Below are positions 59,343-64,000 of a stretch of DNA of 64,000 nucleotides, one piece after another (positions within the stretch are counted from its first letter, which is position 1; each line of letters starts with the position of its first letter). The stretch spans positions 186,001-250,000 of the IMG/VR virus record IMGVR_UViG_3300034117_002447. One strand, written 5' to 3'. The position numbers were made by a program, and so were the translations under genes. Below the pieces are notes generated by a model. The model was not told the DNA's origin. It did not search any database and was given only the letters and a program-made list of their open reading frames with translations.

Positions 59343-62300
59343 GTGGATAAAACATTTAAGGAAATATTAACAGATATTAAATGCGGAAAGCTAGCATCCC
59401 CAGCGTTTACGGAAGATGATTTAGCTAAAGTAAAAGCCTGTATTCCTGAACCAATAGCTCAACCTACTAAAGAGGTAAAAGTTACAGTTCCATCAGAGAG
59501 CTCATGCGTTAACGATGGATTAATCCAGGTTAAAAAGATCCTAACCGAACAGCTTTCGAAACAAGATGTAGTTGTTGAACTTGGAACAATTAAAGGTAAA
59601 GTAGAAGAAGCACTAGATCATTACAAAGTCATTTCTAATTATTATAAGGCTAGGGTTGAATTCTTTACTTCCACCATAAGTACAGTTGAACCTCTCACCT
59701 CCCAGTATCTGTATTGGACGGACGAGTATGATAGAACTAAAGCAATTGAAGATAAAATAATTGAGGACTATAATTCAACGTTTCAGTCGTTTGACTATGT
59801 AAATTATGGAATCAAGTTAGTAGTTTCACTAACTGATTCTCAATTTAAAACTATCACTACGTATAATTCAACTGTCTTATCTAATCTTATTACCCAAACC
59901 TATTTTAACTATATTGTCAATACTCCAATATACCTCAAGTATTATACAGCTAGAAAAAATAGAATCTTAGCAGAAGAGCGTCAACTTCTTTCTAAGCAAG
60001 GAGCAGCAAATGCACTATCTCAAAGTATTCAAAACTATCCAGCCTTAAGCGATAGTTCAACAGTTGAGTCCACTTTAAATTCGCTAACTTCAAAAATAAG
60101 CGGTCAATTAATACCTATTTTTTCAGATACTGAATCTTCTCTAACTGGAGGACTTATTGCTCCAGCTAGAACGGCTGTGTTTTCAATGAGATTAATCGAT
60201 TTAGATTTTACTAAATTAACGGTCCCTAAATTATTGGAAAATGGAGAAACTTCTCAAGTTGAAAAAACATTAGTTATACGCAATAGCCCATACCTAAAAA
60301 ATTCTCCATTCTCTAATTCAGTTGCTACTAGTTGTCAGTCAATTCCATTTGAGCAATACAAACAGAATAGAGACTATGATTTTATCTCTGGTGCTTTATA
60401 CAACTTAACTGCTAGCGGATATAGAGGGCTTTATAAAAAATTAGCCAATCCGATTTCAAATCTATATACACCAGAGGAAAGAGGATTAACTGTTGATCCA
60501 ACTAAAATTGATCCGTTAATAAAAGACGTTGAAAACGCGCCAGTTTCTTTAAAAGAAGGAGACATCACGTTTTATATAAGTAGTCAAGAAGCCTACTCTA
60601 CCTTCTATGATACTGCTAATAAAAGTTTACCTGATAGAATTAAGAAAGAAAAGGAGCAGGTGTTTCCAGCGGAAATAGCACCAACTTTAACCTCCCTATC
60701 TACTATTGCAAAAAGAGAAGTTGCTGACTTTTTTAGAAGGACTACTGACGCATCAATTAAATTAGCTAGACCGACTTCATATAGGGCAGGAGCTTCAACT
60801 GTTTATACACAAGGAGTATTCAAGTATTCTACGCTAGACACCGTGATTTCTCAAAGGTTAGCGTACTATCAAAAAGCATACGATGAAGCTGCTCTAAAAA
60901 TACAGGCTTGTCAAAAAGATATCGCTAACTTAGATCTACTAATAAAAGAAAATTCAATGGACCCCAAGGTTCTTGAAGTTAAAATTTCCAAGATAAAATG
61001 TTTTAGCGAAGCAGCTAAGTCAAAAGCCGTTGCCAAAGATTGTGAAGCTGAAACTCTCGCGAAATTAGGAAAAGATCCTCTCTTTATTAGAACATTAAAT
61101 GGAAATGATTCTAAATTACCTGACATGAATAACCCATGTTATTGGAAAGAGTTTGCAAAAGCGTTAAACAAAGTAAGTTTATTACCTATTCCTGATCTAA
61201 GCTCTCCATTATTTAGATATTATCCAATTAACAATATTATTCCAACTCCACTTGGTATAGTAATGATTCCTATACCTCAAAAGTGGACTCCGTTATTTTC
61301 TTTATCTACTCCGCTTGGCACAATTGTTACATTTATAACAATGCCAGTCGTAATTGTTGGAATCCCATTACCATCAGTTTACGTGTTATACATAGCACCG
61401 GATGGTAGAAAATACATGCTAGTTGCTCCAAATATTCCATTCCTACTAATCCCAGGTGGATCTAAAGTTGGATTTGAGGTAGACAACAGCCCAGCTTCTC
61501 AGAACCCATTAGGTATAAATCCAACTGACCCATTTAAAGGACAGCTTACTAAAGGCTCTCTAAGTATACCAATTACAATTTCAGCAAAAGCATCAAAGGC
61601 AATTAGAGTTGCAACCGTCGCCGCGGCTGTTGCATTAGGAAAGGGCATTGACATAAAGAATGGAGCAGGAGCAGTGTTAGGACAAATTGATCCTGTGACT
61701 TATCTTGCTAAATATACTGGGCTTTCTGAGAAATTAGCGGACGCCCTCGATATGGAAGCGTCCAATGATTTTACAAAACAAGTAAACGAATTTAAGAGAT
61801 CAATTAACAAGCAATTCGATAGACTTGGGGAAATTCAAATTACCGCGATAACTAAGTTAAAGGAAAAGACTAGAAACGAGAGAGACTCTCAAGTTAAAGG
61901 CGCTGAGTCTGAAGAAAACTTAGCAAAGAAGCGCGAAACTAAAAAGAAGGCTCGATCGCTTGATCCAATAACACTACAGTCTAAAATTGATGGAGTGCTA
62001 GAAGATTTCAATAAGTACATTGATAAAATCAAATTAGGAACAATTTCATTCCCTAACGATCCGACTAAATTAAATCCACCTCTACCTAATGCAGTTAGTG
62101 CGATGCAGCCAATTGTTGAACAAGCCGCAAAAGGCGAACTTAATCTTGACCTCGACTCAGTTAACTTTATTGCAAAGATTAAAAGAATGGCTGCTCAAGT
62201 AGATACCTCAAAATTAAAATCAAAAAAATCGTTTAATCTAAACAAGCAAGAAGATATTGTTGAATTTAAAAAAGCGATAAAAGAGTACACAAAAGAGGCA

Positions 62301-63701
62301 ATGGATTATCTGCAAGGAGTAAAGTCCCCAGCAGATGACATTGATCCAAATTTAAGTGATGAAGAAAAAGCAAGAATAAAAAAAGCAGCCGATCTTAGAA
62401 AGGCTCGCTTAAAGTCGGCACTGGCGTTTACTTCGCTATCAATAGTCTCACCGAGTTTAAAATTATTTGATCCATTTGCCCCATGCTGCTCAACTGAAGA
62501 GACTTCACTTGAATTACCAGCGTCTCCTCAAATATTAGCCGCGATTGCAATATTTAATGCGTTATTAGATGCAGTACTAAGCGGATTAACCGTTGAATCA
62601 CTAAAAGCCTTACTTGGAGATTCTCTATCTAATATTGGAATATCTAGCATAACAAGCCTATTTGATTCTATACTTTCAGCATTTCCACCAATTGTTTTAC
62701 CTAATAAAGCAGATTTAGTTGCAATTTCACAAGCAATGCTTATTCCAGTATTAACTGCATTACACGTCCCACAAGCACCAAATCCTTTGGGACTACCCTT
62801 TCCGATTCAAGTATCAATTCCATTAGACGCACTAATTAAGCCTCTTCTTAAATCAGCAATTGCTTACCTTCTTGAACTAATTTTAAGAATGCTAGCCGAT
62901 GCTGGAAATTTATTAACGTCCGGAGCCGGATCGGCTGCTTCTACGACAGTCGGTGAGATACTTCAATTAATACCATGTGGAAATTCACAAACCGCTACTG
63001 TAACTACAACCGCCGCTTCAAAATTCGTCACAATTACTTTACCTAATGGATTTAAACTTAAGCTTCCTAAAATTCCAATGATTCCATTAGACATAGTCAG
63101 TTATTTTTCATTACTTACCTCTACTGACTTGGTTGAATTAATCAGAAGCTTAATTAATACGGCAATCGACGGAATATTGCAACCGGTTAAGTCTATCGTT
63201 GAGCCAATTCTTGGATTAACTAAATCCTTAAAGGATCTATCGTTTAACATCATTGAATCAGCGAATCCATACATTCTTCCAATTAAATTAATTATAATGG
63301 CGCTTCAATTACAGATACCTAATTCAACAAAGGTTAGACTCACTAATTTAGATGCAATGGATTTGATTAAAGCCGCCTATATTCCAGTTATCACTGCTAC
63401 TGAACCAGTCGTAAAAGAGATAGCATACTTGGGCGCAATCATATCGTGTTCTTTTCTAAGTAAGCCCGGCGTTCAGTTAGCTAGAGTAGCATCAAGCCCA
63501 TTTTTTAACCAGGATGATCTTCCGCCTTGGGAAAGATTAACTCATAAAAATCCATTATTTGCAATATTTCTGGATGAGTTAGCTTGGAGATCAAGCCTAC
63601 TTTCAACCGGCACCTTAATATTCCAAAGTAAAATGCCAGGGCTGTATCCAACCACCTGGGCACCAAGTATATTTGTTGATCCAGGAATTCATACAATTTA
63701 A
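59343..63701 (+). CDS. 1452-aa hypothetical protein
   Basis: Long ORF, GTG start; helical/charged regions alternate with Pro-rich hydrophobic stretches. Confidence 0.7.
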   Translation: MDKTFKEILTDIKCGKLASPAFTEDDLAKVKACIPEPIAQPTKEVKVTVPSESSCVNDGLIQVKKILTEQLSKQDVVVELGTIKGKVEEALDHYKVISNYYKARVEFFTSTISTVEPLTSQYLYWTDEYDRTKAIEDKIIEDYNSTFQSFDYVNYGIKLVVSLTDSQFKTITTYNSTVLSNLITQTYFNYIVNTPIYLKYYTARKNRILAEERQLLSKQGAANALSQSIQNYPALSDSSTVESTLNSLTSKISGQLIPIFSDTESSLTGGLIAPARTAVFSMRLIDLDFTKLTVPKLLENGETSQVEKTLVIRNSPYLKNSPFSNSVATSCQSIPFEQYKQNRDYDFISGALYNLTASGYRGLYKKLANPISNLYTPEERGLTVDPTKIDPLIKDVENAPVSLKEGDITFYISSQEAYSTFYDTANKSLPDRIKKEKEQVFPAEIAPTLTSLSTIAKREVADFFRRTTDASIKLARPTSYRAGASTVYTQGVFKYSTLDTVISQRLAYYQKAYDEAALKIQACQKDIANLDLLIKENSMDPKVLEVKISKIKCFSEAAKSKAVAKDCEAETLAKLGKDPLFIRTLNGNDSKLPDMNNPCYWKEFAKALNKVSLLPIPDLSSPLFRYYPINNIIPTPLGIVMIPIPQKWTPLFSLSTPLGTIVTFITMPVVIVGIPLPSVYVLYIAPDGRKYMLVAPNIPFLLIPGGSKVGFEVDNSPASQNPLGINPTDPFKGQLTKGSLSIPITISAKASKAIRVATVAAAVALGKGIDIKNGAGAVLGQIDPVTYLAKYTGLSEKLADALDMEASNDFTKQVNEFKRSINKQFDRLGEIQITAITKLKEKTRNERDSQVKGAESEENLAKKRETKKKARSLDPITLQSKIDGVLEDFNKYIDKIKLGTISFPNDPTKLNPPLPNAVSAMQPIVEQAAKGELNLDLDSVNFIAKIKRMAAQVDTSKLKSKKSFNLNKQEDIVEFKKAIKEYTKEAMDYLQGVKSPADDIDPNLSDEEKARIKKAADLRKARLKSALAFTSLSIVSPSLKLFDPFAPCCSTEETSLELPASPQILAAIAIFNALLDAVLSGLTVESLKALLGDSLSNIGISSITSLFDSILSAFPPIVLPNKADLVAISQAMLIPVLTALHVPQAPNPLGLPFPIQVSIPLDALIKPLLKSAIAYLLELILRMLADAGNLLTSGAGSAASTTVGEILQLIPCGNSQTATVTTTAASKFVTITLPNGFKLKLPKIPMIPLDIVSYFSLLTSTDLVELIRSLINTAIDGILQPVKSIVEPILGLTKSLKDLSFNIIESANPYILPIKLIIMALQLQIPNSTKVRLTNLDAMDLIKAAYIPVITATEPVVKEIAYLGAIISCSFLSKPGVQLARVASSPFFNQDDLPPWERLTHKNPLFAIFLDELAWRSSLLSTGTLIFQSKMPGLYPTTWAPSIFVDPGIHTI

Positions 63702-63759
63702 AACTCTAGGCAGTTTCTGTGTATAATTTATTAGTTAACTTTTTTAATCTAACAAAAAC

Positions 63760-64000
63760 ATGCAAAAAAACGAAAACGTCCAAGAAGTTATTGATTTTGA
63801 CTTACTGTTTAGCCAGGGAAATTCCCGAGTAAACAAAAGCATTAAATTAACTCCAGCGGATAAAAAAGCGGGCTTAAAGATTTTCTGTAAAGAACCTTAT
63901 GCCCAAGAGCTTTACGACAAGTACTATTCATCAAATACATTCGGCGCAACCGCAAATAAAGACTTTGAAATAGGTCATGTTTGTAAAGTAACTGCCAAGA
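63760..64000 (+). CDS. Truncated CDS, possibly an S1-domain (ribosomal protein bS1-like) protein
   Basis: Hand-translated MQKNENVQEVIDFDLLFSQGNSRVNKSIKLTPADKKAGLKIFCKEPYAQELYDKYYSSNTFGATANKDFEIGHVCKVTAK; open to the window end. The product guess is weak. Confidence 0.35.
   Translation, partial: MQKNENVQEVIDFDLLFSQGNSRVNKSIKLTPADKKAGLKIFCKEPYAQELYDKYYSSNTFGATANKDFEIGHVCKVTAK

Overview
AT-rich, densely coding 64-kb segment of a large T4-like (myovirus-type, probably jumbo) phage, most likely infecting Bacteroidota. The host call is inferred from a Gly-resuming tmRNA tag, A-rich leaders without Shine-Dalgarno sites and a PolB-type exonuclease. Recognisable core genes: tmRNA, T4 gp15-, gp3- and gp14-like tail/neck proteins, a gp55-like late sigma factor with a matching (G/A)ATAAATAA motif in front of 10 genes, a RuvC-like resolvase, a DEDD exonuclease, GroEL and many large virion proteins. 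The most striking feature lies at 5.2-31.8 kb, between the gp3 and gp14 homologues. It holds four Ser/Thr-rich or Gly-X-Y proteins: a 3730-aa proline-free (Gly-X-Y)n protein, a GPT collagen, a mucin-like Thr-repeat protein and an S/T-rich protein. These are bracketed by five modifying-enzyme genes: an Aah/TibC-type O-glycosyltransferase fused to a methyltransferase, a GT4+GT-A+FkbM fusion, a MycE-like sugar O-methyltransferase, a 2OG-Fe(II) prolyl-hydroxylase-like enzyme and a plant HPAT/SERGT-like peptide O-glycosyltransferase. I read this as a candidate phage-encoded system for building glycosylated, methylated virion fibres. All family assignments come from recalled motifs, not database searches.
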